Shown: positions 1-7,539 of the stretch, piece by piece
Layout of the letters: every line of letters starts with the position of its first letter
Numbering within the stretch: position 1 is the stretch's first letter
Source of the DNA: a virus
Taxonomy: Duplodnaviria; Caudoviricetes
Virus record (IMG/VR): IMGVR_UViG_3300021964_000096
Span: 1-52,548 of that record
Length of the DNA: 52,548 nucleotides
Reading direction: 5' to 3' (one strand)
Translations under genes and position numbers: made by a program
The notes under the pieces: model-generated
The model's input: only the letters and a program-made list of their open reading frames with translations
Told to the model about the DNA's origin: nothing
Database searches by the model: none

Positions 1-290
1 ATCGTCAGCCAAAAAGTTAGTGCATCAGTGCACAGAGCTTGGCGGCGTAAATGATGGAAGCACCGTAATGGTCCATCAAATAGCTACGGACGGGCGAGGG
101 ATCGTTATGAACTCCGCGAGTAGCAAATAGCTAGATGACGAGGCAGGAGGGCAATCGCGACGATAAATTCTGCGGTTGTTTTCAGAGGCCGATTCTAGTG
201 GCAACTAGGTGTGGATGCAACAGGAGTTATTAAATTAACCAGAGTTCATTACTGCTGACGAGTATGAGGGTTCGATTCCCTCACTAGTTA
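1..290 (+). ncRNA. Large structured RNA with tRNA-like 3' end (5' end probably upstream of window); class unassigned
   Basis: T-arm GAGGG-TTCGATT-CCCTC (266-282), then 7 nt ACTAGTT + A290. TCGTCAGC (2-9) is the exact complement of GCTGACGA (254-261). Internal helices 20-24/29-33, 52-58/72-78, 107-114/242-249, 143-148/168-173. More GC-rich than the flanks, with no credible ORF. Confidence 0.65.
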
Positions 291-294
291 CAAA

Positions 295-370
295 TGTGCA
301 GCGAATAAATAACAAAGACGCGCACCGGTCTAACGACAGTGGTGCACCGCGCTTAGGAAATGACTGCACA
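295..370 (+). ncRNA. Small structured RNA closed by a 7-bp terminal stem; unassigned
   Basis: TGTGCAG (295-301) pairs with CTGCACA (364-370). Inner hairpin GCACC/GGTGC (322-326/341-345) is capped by GTC-TAAC-GAC. Sits 3-4 nt from the tRNA-like RNAs on each side. Confidence 0.5.
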
Positions 371-373
371 CAC

Positions 374-452
374 GGGGGTGATTTGGTGTTGACGTAGTAG
401 AAAGCCTGCAAAGGAACTACTTCGGAAGACAGTTCGAGTCTGTCCACCTCCA
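374..452 (+). ncRNA. Minimal tmRNA-like RNA (tRNA-like domain only, Ala identity, no tag reading frame)
   Basis: Acceptor GGGGGTG/CACCTCC with G3:U wobble and discriminator A452. Unstemmed D-loop analogue ATTTGGTGTTGA. P2 helix CGTAGTAG/CTACTTCG (393-400/417-424), 3-nt linker GAA, T-arm GACAG-TTCGAGT-CTGTC. P2 is capped by a CCT-GCAA-AGG hairpin. Confidence 0.85.
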
Positions 453-473
453 CTAATTTTAAACTATATAATT

Positions 474-671
474 ATGCCAAATATGAGTTATTGCCGTTTC
501 GAAAATACGGTAAGTGATATGCGAGACTGCATTAGTGCCATTGAAGATGGTGACACTAGCGATTTAAGCCCTAGTGAAATAAGAGCGCTTGATGAGTTTT
601 TAGGTCTAGCACATGAAATTACTAATCTCGAGTATGAAATTGAAGAAATACTAGGAGATTATGAAAATTAA
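474..671 (+). CDS. Small acidic early phage protein
   Basis: 65-aa ORF with A-rich start and MSYCRFENT motif; overlaps the next gene. Confidence 0.75.
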   Translation: MPNMSYCRFENTVSDMRDCISAIEDGDTSDLSPSEIRALDEFLGLAHEITNLEYEIEEILGDYEN

Positions 672-930
672 AGAAAAAGATTTAATAACTCTAGGTTTCG
701 AGCGAACTGACGTGTCTGAGAAAGAATCTGGTGCTAATTCGTTTTATTATTATACATTAGATTTTGGTGAAAATAAAGTTGTAAGTCTTATTAGTTCAAG
801 CGATGACGAAGTGGTAGATGATAATTGGCTTTTATCAATATTTGAAGACGAGTGTTTAGTAGTAAAAAAGCTAGAAGATTTAATTAGTTTTATAAATATA
901 ATGAAAAAATTTAATAAAAAAAAGAAATAA
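661..930 (+). CDS. Hypothetical early protein
   Basis: 89-aa ORF in a tightly packed run. Confidence 0.7.
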   Translation: MKIKEKDLITLGFERTDVSEKESGANSFYYYTLDFGENKVVSLISSSDDEVVDDNWLLSIFEDECLVVKKLEDLISFINIMKKFNKKKK

Positions 931-933
931 ATT

Positions 934-1221
934 ATGAAAATTAAAGTAAAACAAATGACAAGCCCAAGGGCAGGTGTATTAATGTGTATTCATCCACCTG
1001 TAGCTAACCAATTTATTATCTATACAAGTGAAGGAAAATATTTCCAAAGCTACGATAGTATTATTGTTGCTATTGAAGACGGTAAAATAACGTTAGATGA
1101 AAACACTTGGAATTACTCACGCACAACTAGTAAATACAGAAATATATTTTTAGACGAAACGACTGCAGAAACTAGAGCTAAAATAGAATCAGGTGAGTAT
1201 GAACTAGAAGATCTTAATTAA
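934..1221 (+). CDS. Hypothetical phage early protein
   Basis: 95 aa; FQSYDSII...WNYSRTTSKYRN pattern typical of a widespread small phage family. Confidence 0.75.
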   Translation: MKIKVKQMTSPRAGVLMCIHPPVANQFIIYTSEGKYFQSYDSIIVAIEDGKITLDENTWNYSRTTSKYRNIFLDETTAETRAKIESGEYELEDLN

Positions 1222-1240
1222 TTCAAAAGAAAAATAAATT

Positions 1241-1492
1241 ATGAGTGATTACCAAGGATGGACTAATTACGCCACATGGCGTGTAAATTTAGAAATACTA
1301 AGCGACATAGAGTTTGAGAACAAAACGTCGGCAGATGACCTAAGAGAAATAGTAGAAGATATAGTATTTAGCCAATATGAGCTTAGCAACGGATCTCATT
1401 TAATTGAAGACTATGCAAGAGCTTTTATAAGTGAAGTTAATTTTTATGAAATAGCTCGGAGTATTAATGAAGAACTAGAATTACAATCATAA
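1241..1492 (+). CDS. Hypothetical phage protein (YxGWTNYxTW family)
   Basis: 83 aa; N-terminal YQGWTNYATW motif. Confidence 0.75.
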   Translation: MSDYQGWTNYATWRVNLEILSDIEFENKTSADDLREIVEDIVFSQYELSNGSHLIEDYARAFISEVNFYEIARSINEELELQS

Positions 1493-1522
1493 TACGATAA
1501 CTATTGGATAATATTAATGTAA
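1481..1522 (+). promoter_or_regulatory. Putative phage-specific promoter, copy 1
   Basis: TTACAA-N4-AATACGAT-N7-GGATAATAT-N2-ATGTAA; 31/42 identical, without gaps, to 3089-3130. Confidence 0.65.
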
Positions 1523-1541
1523 CAAATAAACAATTATAACT

Positions 1542-1682
1542 ATGAAAATCAAAGGATTAACAGAACAAGACTGTGCTTTTGTATACTACGTCTTACGAGA
1601 CTGGTCACAAAACCATGAAAATTATGACGAACAAGATGTAGATGATGTCTACCAAATTGCTAAAAAATTTAAAACTTACTAA
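1542..1682 (+). CDS. Small hypothetical protein (46 aa, absent from ORF track)
   Basis: MKIKGLTEQDCAF...KKFKTY; directly downstream of the promoter motif. Confidence 0.65.
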   Translation: MKIKGLTEQDCAFVYYVLRDWSQNHENYDEQDVDDVYQIAKKFKTY

Positions 1683-1684
1683 AT

Positions 1685-1831
1685 ATGAAATACCTTTATC
1701 AAGAACTAGATGAGTTGTTAAGTACTATTAAATACTCAGACGAAAGGGGTTTAGATGATCTATATGATAATCTATACTTCGAAGACATTTTAGAAACATG
1801 TAAAGAAATTGCAAAATATATAGAAGAATAA
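1685..1831 (+). CDS. Small acidic hypothetical protein (48 aa, absent from ORF track)
   Basis: MKYLYQELDELL...AKYIEE; fills the gap in the operon. Confidence 0.65.
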   Translation: MKYLYQELDELLSTIKYSDERGLDDLYDNLYFEDILETCKEIAKYIEE

Positions 1832-1835
1832 ACAT

Positions 1836-2084
1836 ATGAGATCAAACTTACTATCTCGGCTAAAGCCCGAGTTTAAAAAAGGCTTGGAAGACAACAAGGT
1901 TAGATATCCTGATATGACTAACGATATTGAGTTCTTACTTACTCAATTATTTTACTACGACGACTTAACTGTTCGTCAAGTGTTAAACATATTTGTGTTC
2001 TCTGACATGGAATATCTTGACAGAAAATCATTCGACTGGCGCTATGGTGAAGACGTATTCGAAGTTGAAAACAACGTAGCATAA
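1836..2084 (+). CDS. Hypothetical protein
   Basis: 82 aa; TAATG coupling to the next gene. Confidence 0.7.
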   Translation: MRSNLLSRLKPEFKKGLEDNKVRYPDMTNDIEFLLTQLFYYDDLTVRQVLNIFVFSDMEYLDRKSFDWRYGEDVFEVENNVA

Positions 2085-2308
2085 TGGTTATGTGTGAATG
2101 GACGCTTGCAGATATTAAGAATAGAGCAAGCAATAAGGCTTTTGCAAAGGTTACAACGCTAACCTTAGATGTTGAAACTTACAAGGAAGACTTAAGAACA
2201 GGTAATATCGGAGGTGTTACTTATGAAGAGTTTGAACAAGTAGTAAAAGGCTACGAAAAAGAGCTACAAGTATGGAATTACATTACAGAATTAATAGAAA
2301 AACAATAA
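2084..2308 (+). CDS. Hypothetical protein
   Basis: 74 aa; translationally coupled. Confidence 0.7.
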   Translation: MVMCEWTLADIKNRASNKAFAKVTTLTLDVETYKEDLRTGNIGGVTYEEFEQVVKGYEKELQVWNYITELIEKQ

Positions 2309-2312
2309 TAAT

Positions 2313-2822
2313 ATGAGTAAAAAACTAATTACACCAGAACTAATTAACGAAAGACTAGAAGCTAAAGGCTTCGGTGACATTCAAGCTAACAATGAAAACG
2401 CAGCTAGAAAATCAGTACTAAAACATTTCAGTGTAGAACTAACAGACAACTATGCCGGTAGTGCCGACTTCTATATATACGAAGAATCAACAGCTGATGG
2501 CTACTCAGTGTTTGTAGCTACTCACGACCTAAGTGTAGTAAATGTAAGCGAGAATATATACTATTACGACACTGATCTAAGTGGTGCTCTTATAGATTTT
2601 ATGAAATATTTCGCTAACGGCGATGAAGATTATCCTGAGGTTGTATATGTAGATGATCTTCACCAGCAATTTATTTATGATGCTATCGAGGAGTTATTTG
2701 TGTATTTAGCTGAAAGATTCGAAGAAGAAGTTATCGATGAACTAAAAAACGAAGGGTACGTGTATGATGATCCTAAAACAGAAGCAGAATTTATAAACGA
2801 AGTAAATAATATATTAAACTAA
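2313..2822 (+). CDS. Highly acidic early protein
   Basis: 169 aa; D/E- and aromatic-rich. Confidence 0.75.
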   Translation: MSKKLITPELINERLEAKGFGDIQANNENAARKSVLKHFSVELTDNYAGSADFYIYEESTADGYSVFVATHDLSVVNVSENIYYYDTDLSGALIDFMKYFANGDEDYPEVVYVDDLHQQFIYDAIEELFVYLAERFEEEVIDELKNEGYVYDDPKTEAEFINEVNNILN

Positions 2823-2824
2823 TT

Positions 2825-3088
2825 ATGACAGAAACAAAACAAAAATTACCAGAGTGGTTCAAAGGTATGCTATACACAGAAGGATTAATAGTAGAAAATC
2901 CATTTAGTGGAGAAGAATACGAGCTAAATAATGTAGAACTAAGTATGTATGACTTCTTAATGGGTTGTGCTTTGCTGTTTGAAAGAGCATCTAACAGAGT
3001 TAACGACGATATGATAAGAGACTACGAAAAAGGTATTAAATGGTTCAGGCAGAATAACCCTGAAGCTTATATGGCTTTGCTAGATTAA
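2825..3088 (+). CDS. Hypothetical phage protein
   Basis: 87 aa; VENPFSGE...WFRQNNPEAYMALLD. Confidence 0.75.
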   Translation: MTETKQKLPEWFKGMLYTEGLIVENPFSGEEYELNNVELSMYDFLMGCALLFERASNRVNDDMIRDYEKGIKWFRQNNPEAYMALLD

Positions 3089-3130
3089 TTACAAACTAAA
3101 TACGATTGTCTTCGGATAATATGTATGTAA
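3089..3130 (+). promoter_or_regulatory. Putative phage-specific promoter, copy 2 (upstream of tRNA-Gln)
   Basis: Same spaced motif as 1481-1522, ending 7 nt before the tRNA. Confidence 0.65.
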
Positions 3131-3137
3131 TAACATT

Positions 3138-3210
3138 TGTCTCATGGTGTAATTGGCAACACGTTGGTTTTTGGTACCAAAGAGTCTAGGTTCGATCCCT
3201 GGTGAGACAA
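3138..3210 (+). tRNA. trnQ: tRNA-Gln(TTG), CCA not encoded
   Basis: Acceptor TGTCTCA/TGAGACA; anticodon arm TTGGT-TTTTGGT-ACCAA with TTG at 3171-3173; T-arm CTAGG-TTCGATC-CCTGG. Confidence 0.93.
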
Positions 3211-3239
3211 CAATTATTAACAATTAAATTAAATAACTT

Positions 3240-3473
3240 ATGAATAGATTAATTTTACCAATGCAAAGCGTAGAAGTTAATTCAACAGCTATAAGCAAAG
3301 CTGATTATGAATATGACAACTACAAATTAACGTTAACTTATAAAAACGGTAGTTCTTATAGTTATACTAAAGTTCCAAACTTCGTGTTTGAAGGCTTAAG
3401 ATTATCTCAATCTAAAGGCAAGTTTATTAACAAGTATGTGTTATCAACTTATAACTATAGAAGAGTTTCGTAG
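3240..3473 (+). CDS. KTSC domain protein
   Basis: VNSTAISKADY...LTLTYKNGSSYSYTKVP...SKGKFIN pattern. Confidence 0.85.
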   Translation: MNRLILPMQSVEVNSTAISKADYEYDNYKLTLTYKNGSSYSYTKVPNFVFEGLRLSQSKGKFINKYVLSTYNYRRVS

Positions 3474-3752
3474 ATGACAGATGAAGAAATGAGCAAGTTG
3501 GCTGACATTATTGTCGACAAGATAATACAAAGACAAAAAGCTTATGACGAAGAGTTTAAAGCCGATATTCAAGCGATGGTAGGTGAAAATACCGACCTTG
3601 AGTTCGGCGTTATAACTCAAGATGAGCTTATAATTCAAGAAATAGATAGTCTTCAAGAAAGATTAGCACAACTAGAAGAAAAAGAAGACTACGAATCAGC
3701 AAGGATCGTAGCAAATAAAATTAAACACTTAAAAAATAAATACAATTTATGA
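3474..3752 (+). CDS. Hypothetical protein with C-terminal UvrB/UvrC-like coiled motif
   Basis: 92 aa; EKEDYESARIVANKI. Confidence 0.65.
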   Translation: MTDEEMSKLADIIVDKIIQRQKAYDEEFKADIQAMVGENTDLEFGVITQDELIIQEIDSLQERLAQLEEKEDYESARIVANKIKHLKNKYNL

Positions 3753-4576
3753 TAAAACCAATGCTCGCATACAAAGTAGACAAAAAACCTGTCGACTGGT
3801 CCGAGAAAGTATTCATACAACCTAAGCTTGACGGTATTCGTTGTATATTCACTAAAGATGGTGCATACTCTCGTACAGGTAAAGAATTTAAAAACCTAGC
3901 TCATATCAAGTATGATCTAACAGACTTTTTTAGAAAAAATCCAAACACTGTACTAGACGGTGAGTTGTATAATCATGCTCTAAAAGACGATTTTGAGAAA
4001 ATCGTATCATTGGTCAGAAAAACTAAACCGACTGAAGACGATCGCCGAGATGCACAACATTTAGTACAATATCACGTGTATGATACTATAGCTGAAGGTC
4101 CTGATTACGAGTCTCGTTTTAACTGGCTAAGAACTAATTTACCTATCGCAGCTTCAATGACACTTATTAAAAATACAGTTGTTGATAGCTATGATGAAGC
4201 TAAAATGTTACACAACGTACACTTAGCTCAAGGCTACGAAGGCTCTATGCTCCGTCTTAATAAACCGTATGAACAAAAACGTTCTTACAACTTACAGAAG
4301 TTTAAAGACTTCAGTGACACCGAAGCTACTATTATCGGTTATGAAGCTGGCAAAGGCAAGTTTACAGGTCTTATTGGCAAGTTCTTTATGCAAGATGATG
4401 ACGGTAATGAGTTTGGTTGTCCTATCGGTAAAGGTTATAACTTTGCTGATCGTAAAGCTATATTAGACAATGTACACGACTATATCGGTCAACGCGCTAC
4501 ATTTACTTATTTTCAACGAACACAAGCAGGTTCATATAGACATCCGCTTTTTAAAACACTTAGAAATTATGAATAG
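3749..4576 (+). CDS. lig: ATP-dependent DNA ligase (minimal type)
   Basis: QPKLDGIR adenylation motif, LDGELY, YEGSMLR, LQKFK, C-terminal OB fold ending RHP. Confidence 0.92.
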   Translation: MIKPMLAYKVDKKPVDWSEKVFIQPKLDGIRCIFTKDGAYSRTGKEFKNLAHIKYDLTDFFRKNPNTVLDGELYNHALKDDFEKIVSLVRKTKPTEDDRRDAQHLVQYHVYDTIAEGPDYESRFNWLRTNLPIAASMTLIKNTVVDSYDEAKMLHNVHLAQGYEGSMLRLNKPYEQKRSYNLQKFKDFSDTEATIIGYEAGKGKFTGLIGKFFMQDDDGNEFGCPIGKGYNFADRKAILDNVHDYIGQRATFTYFQRTQAGSYRHPLFKTLRNYE

Positions 4577-4775
4577 AGATAAACATATATGGGAAGGCTG
4601 GACAGTTGGTGACTTTATTGACGATATAGAAGTTACATTTAACTATCGATCAAAGTATTCTAACTTTTGGAAATCTAAAGAAGATCTTAAAAAATGGGTT
4701 GCGTCAGAACAGCCTTATTACAAGAAACACATACCAGAAGTGTATAATTATTTCTTAAAAAAATCAGGATTATGA
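4569..4775 (+). CDS. Hypothetical protein (start corrected to MNRDKHIWEGW)
   Basis: ATG at 4569 overlaps the ligase end; WEGWTV...EQPYYKKHIPEV. Confidence 0.7.
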   Translation: MNRDKHIWEGWTVGDFIDDIEVTFNYRSKYSNFWKSKEDLKKWVASEQPYYKKHIPEVYNYFLKKSGL

Positions 4776-4879
4776 GTAAACTTATATGGAAACTATACAA
4801 TGAAAATATGATAAGTGAAGAGGTTGTACATCAACTTCTTGACTGTCATTATAACAGAGTTAACAATAAAAAATACTAA
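4772..4879 (+). CDS. Small hypothetical protein (35 aa)
   Basis: ATGA and TAATG overlaps on both sides. Confidence 0.55.
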   Translation: MSKLIWKLYNENMISEEVVHQLLDCHYNRVNNKKY

Positions 4880-5352
4880 TGAATATATTTTATTTACACG
4901 AAAACCCATACTTAGCTGCTACATACTTTTATGATAAGCATAAGGTTAAGATGATACTAGAGTGTGCTCAAATGCTTTGTACAGCTCATCACGTATATGG
5001 AAATGGTGACAATGTACCTTATAAGAAAGCACATTTAAATCATCCGTCTACAATATGGGCTAGATCAAGTAAGTCAAATTATTATTGGCTATACGATCAC
5101 ATGCTGAGTATCGGTAAACAATATACTAAGCGATATGGTAAGTATCATTTAAGTATTGAGAAATGTAGAGAAGCTTTAGCGTTTGCGCCTGTAGGTATGC
5201 CTGACACTGGTTTTACAGAACCACCACAATGTATGCCTGATGAGTATAAAGTTGAAGGCGATAGTGTATCAGCGTATTGGAATTATTATGAAGCTGAAAA
5301 AGTTTCAGTAAGAAACAAAGGTGAAGCAATAATAACAAGACCAAATGGGTAG
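4879..5352 (+). CDS. Pyrimidine dimer DNA glycosylase/DenV-like family protein
   Basis: MNIFYL...DKHKVKMILECAQMLCTAH...HLNHPSTIW...PPQCMPDEYK. Confidence 0.75.
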   Translation: MNIFYLHENPYLAATYFYDKHKVKMILECAQMLCTAHHVYGNGDNVPYKKAHLNHPSTIWARSSKSNYYWLYDHMLSIGKQYTKRYGKYHLSIEKCREALAFAPVGMPDTGFTEPPQCMPDEYKVEGDSVSAYWNYYEAEKVSVRNKGEAIITRPNG

Positions 5353-5470
5353 AACTAGAGAATTATTTGAACAAATGAGGTTGGAATCAGAAAATGATTA
5401 TAATAATAATCATATTTTTTACCAACAATTAATACCAACTGAGGACTATGACAACAGCCCTCGAATATAA
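5345..5470 (+). CDS. Small hypothetical protein (41 aa)
   Basis: MGRTRELFEQMR...; overlaps the upstream stop. Confidence 0.45.
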   Translation: MGRTRELFEQMRLESENDYNNNHIFYQQLIPTEDYDNSPRI

Positions 5471-5484
5471 ATAGTAATAAGCTT

Positions 5485-6105
5485 ATGTCACACGAAAGAA
5501 ACCTTGATTATCTTATCAAGAGACGTATTATATACCGTAGATCACCGATCACAGACAAACCAACAGAATCGTTTGACTGGGGTGATTACTATGAAAATGG
5601 TACATATGAATGCTATGAATTATTTCGTAGCAAAGCTAAGATAACAACATACAAATCTCTTAAGTGGCATATGCTTGTTCTATGGTATTTAAACCCTCAA
5701 CTAGATCAAGATGAGTTTCAAGCTTTATTTAAGTATATATGTAACAAGCGCACTGGTTTTATAACATTCAATGTTAATGAATCGTTGCTATACACAATGG
5801 TATATGAAGTGAGTATGATGGATTTAGATAAACCACCAAGAAACAAACAGCGTAAGATTATCTTCAAAGAGTTTTGTAAACTTACAACTGAAGAAAAATT
5901 AAGTGTTGTAGGCAAAATGGTAGGTCGATCTAAGTCAATACACGAAGATGATATTTATCAGTGCATGTTAGATATACACGATATGGGTAAAAAAATAACA
6001 ATAAGCAAAATAGCAGGTTTATTAGATTGCTCAGCTAGAACAATACATAGAAATATGGGTATGGATCTTAAGAAAGAAAAAGAATTATTAAATCAAGAAT
6101 TATGA
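5485..6105 (+). CDS. DNA-binding protein with C-terminal HTH (possible replication initiator or regulator)
   Basis: ITISKIAGLLDCSARTIHRNM helix-turn-helix. Confidence 0.7.
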   Translation: MSHERNLDYLIKRRIIYRRSPITDKPTESFDWGDYYENGTYECYELFRSKAKITTYKSLKWHMLVLWYLNPQLDQDEFQALFKYICNKRTGFITFNVNESLLYTMVYEVSMMDLDKPPRNKQRKIIFKEFCKLTTEEKLSVVGKMVGRSKSIHEDDIYQCMLDIHDMGKKITISKIAGLLDCSARTIHRNMGMDLKKEKELLNQEL

Positions 6106-6212
6106 AAAAAGACTTTAATGAGTGGATGGCGAGTATAGGTAATATATACTACGCCGATAACAGGCTAATGTCACAAGCTTTTGAAAAAATAGAAGAATAT
6201 GAAGAAATATAA
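6102..6212 (+). CDS. Small hypothetical protein (36 aa)
   Basis: MKKDFNEWMASIG...; ATGA overlap upstream. Confidence 0.5.
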   Translation: MKKDFNEWMASIGNIYYADNRLMSQAFEKIEEYEEI

Positions 6213-6951
6213 CGTACAAAATTACGTAAGATATAAAGAGGATCTTAAAAAGTCTATGCCTTCTGATAAGTTTTACGATTATTATACTCGTGACGAAATG
6301 ATAATAAAGTTCATGCCACTAGTAGAAAATTTAGCACGTAAATTCTCAACATCGCAGCAAGCGTCAGGCGTTTTAAGCATAAACGATCTTATACAAGAAG
6401 GTAATAAAGGTTTGATACTTGCTGTAGATAGATTAGAATGGGACGAAAAACTTATTGATTCACCTGATATTGAAAAAACATTAAAAAGCTTTTTTAGTAA
6501 AAGAATTAAAGGTGCAATACGCAGAGCTATAGATATAAACAGAGGTAACATAAAAATACCTGAGCATAAGCTTAATGAAATACGTAAATCACCAAAAGAC
6601 GAAAAAATGGTTGCTATGTTTTTCAACTCTATATTCTCTAGCTATGATGAATATGAAGATGATAAAGAAAACCCTATTTATCAAGTAGAAGATAAATCAA
6701 TTTCTTATAATTTAAATTTATTAAATATATATTTATTAAGTTTAATGAAGCAACATTTAAGCAGTATGCAATATGATGTATTACGCATGTCTTATGGATT
6801 AGACTGTGATAAAATGTCTGCTAATGAAATAGCTAGCAAAATAGGTATACAAGTAGCCACAGCAAATGTTAGAGTTTCTCAGATAAAAAAAGATGCAATA
6901 AACATACTTATAGATAATGTAGACGCTTCGCAAGTGATTGATTATCTGTAA
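6199..6951 (+). CDS. Phage sigma70-family RNA polymerase sigma factor
   Basis: Region 2 PLVENLARKF...DLIQEGNKGLILAVDR; region 4 VLRMSYGL...EIASKIG...RVSQIK. Confidence 0.88.
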   Translation: MKKYNVQNYVRYKEDLKKSMPSDKFYDYYTRDEMIIKFMPLVENLARKFSTSQQASGVLSINDLIQEGNKGLILAVDRLEWDEKLIDSPDIEKTLKSFFSKRIKGAIRRAIDINRGNIKIPEHKLNEIRKSPKDEKMVAMFFNSIFSSYDEYEDDKENPIYQVEDKSISYNLNLLNIYLLSLMKQHLSSMQYDVLRMSYGLDCDKMSANEIASKIGIQVATANVRVSQIKKDAINILIDNVDASQVIDYL

Positions 6952-7014
6952 GATAGGTGATTAAATGTTGAATTTTATGTGTAATTATATTAATATACCA
7001 AATAACAAAACCAT

Positions 7015-7539
7015 ATGACCATAAACGAAAAACTGGCTACGATCCAGACAAAGTTTAAATCTAAAAAATCTAGATTTAATTCATTCGGCAAATATTACTT
7101 CAGATCAGCCGAAGACATTCTCGAAGCAACAAAACCCTTTCTGTTAGAGTTAGGAGTAACAGTAACTATAGACGAGCAATTAGTTGAAACAGGTGGTGTA
7201 CCTATCATTTGTTCTACGGCTACAATTAGTGATGGCGAAAATGCTGTACACGCCTCTGCTTTAGTTGGTGTAGACTTAAACCAAAAAGGTATGCAAGTAC
7301 CTCAGCAGTTTGGATCAGCTTCGAGCTATGGTAAGAAGTATGCATTAGGTAATTTATTCCTAATAGACGATACGCAAGATTCAGATGCGTCAAACAATCA
7401 CGGTAAAGGTAACGCAGCCAAACCTAAGTTAGAAGGAGCTGCACTAACAAAAGCAAAAGCTTTTATTAAATCAGGCGGAAGCTTGGATGCTATTAAAAAG
7501 AAATATGACATTCCAGCTGATGTACTAAAAACGTTATAA
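7015..7539 (+). CDS. erf: ERF-family single-strand annealing protein
   Basis: FGKYYFRSAEDILEA...QQFGSASSYGKKYALGNLFLIDD. Confidence 0.88.
   Translation: MTINEKLATIQTKFKSKKSRFNSFGKYYFRSAEDILEATKPFLLELGVTVTIDEQLVETGGVPIICSTATISDGENAVHASALVGVDLNQKGMQVPQQFGSASSYGKKYALGNLFLIDDTQDSDASNNHGKGNAAKPKLEGAALTKAKAFIKSGGSLDAIKKKYDIPADVLKTL

Noticed and set aside
374-452. Ordinary tRNA-Ala (TGC appears at 407-409)
   Set aside because: No D-stem and no 7-nt anticodon loop. TGC lies in a GNRA-capped hairpin, and the topology is that of a tmRNA TLD.
1-452. Full-length or circularly permuted two-piece tmRNA
   Set aside because: No tag reading frame found. The Ala acceptor halves are in normal order, and the upstream RNA has a different acceptor 3' strand.
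235-453. 72-aa minus-strand ORF
   Set aside because: Antisense shadow of the structured RNAs; opposite to local gene direction with atypical composition.
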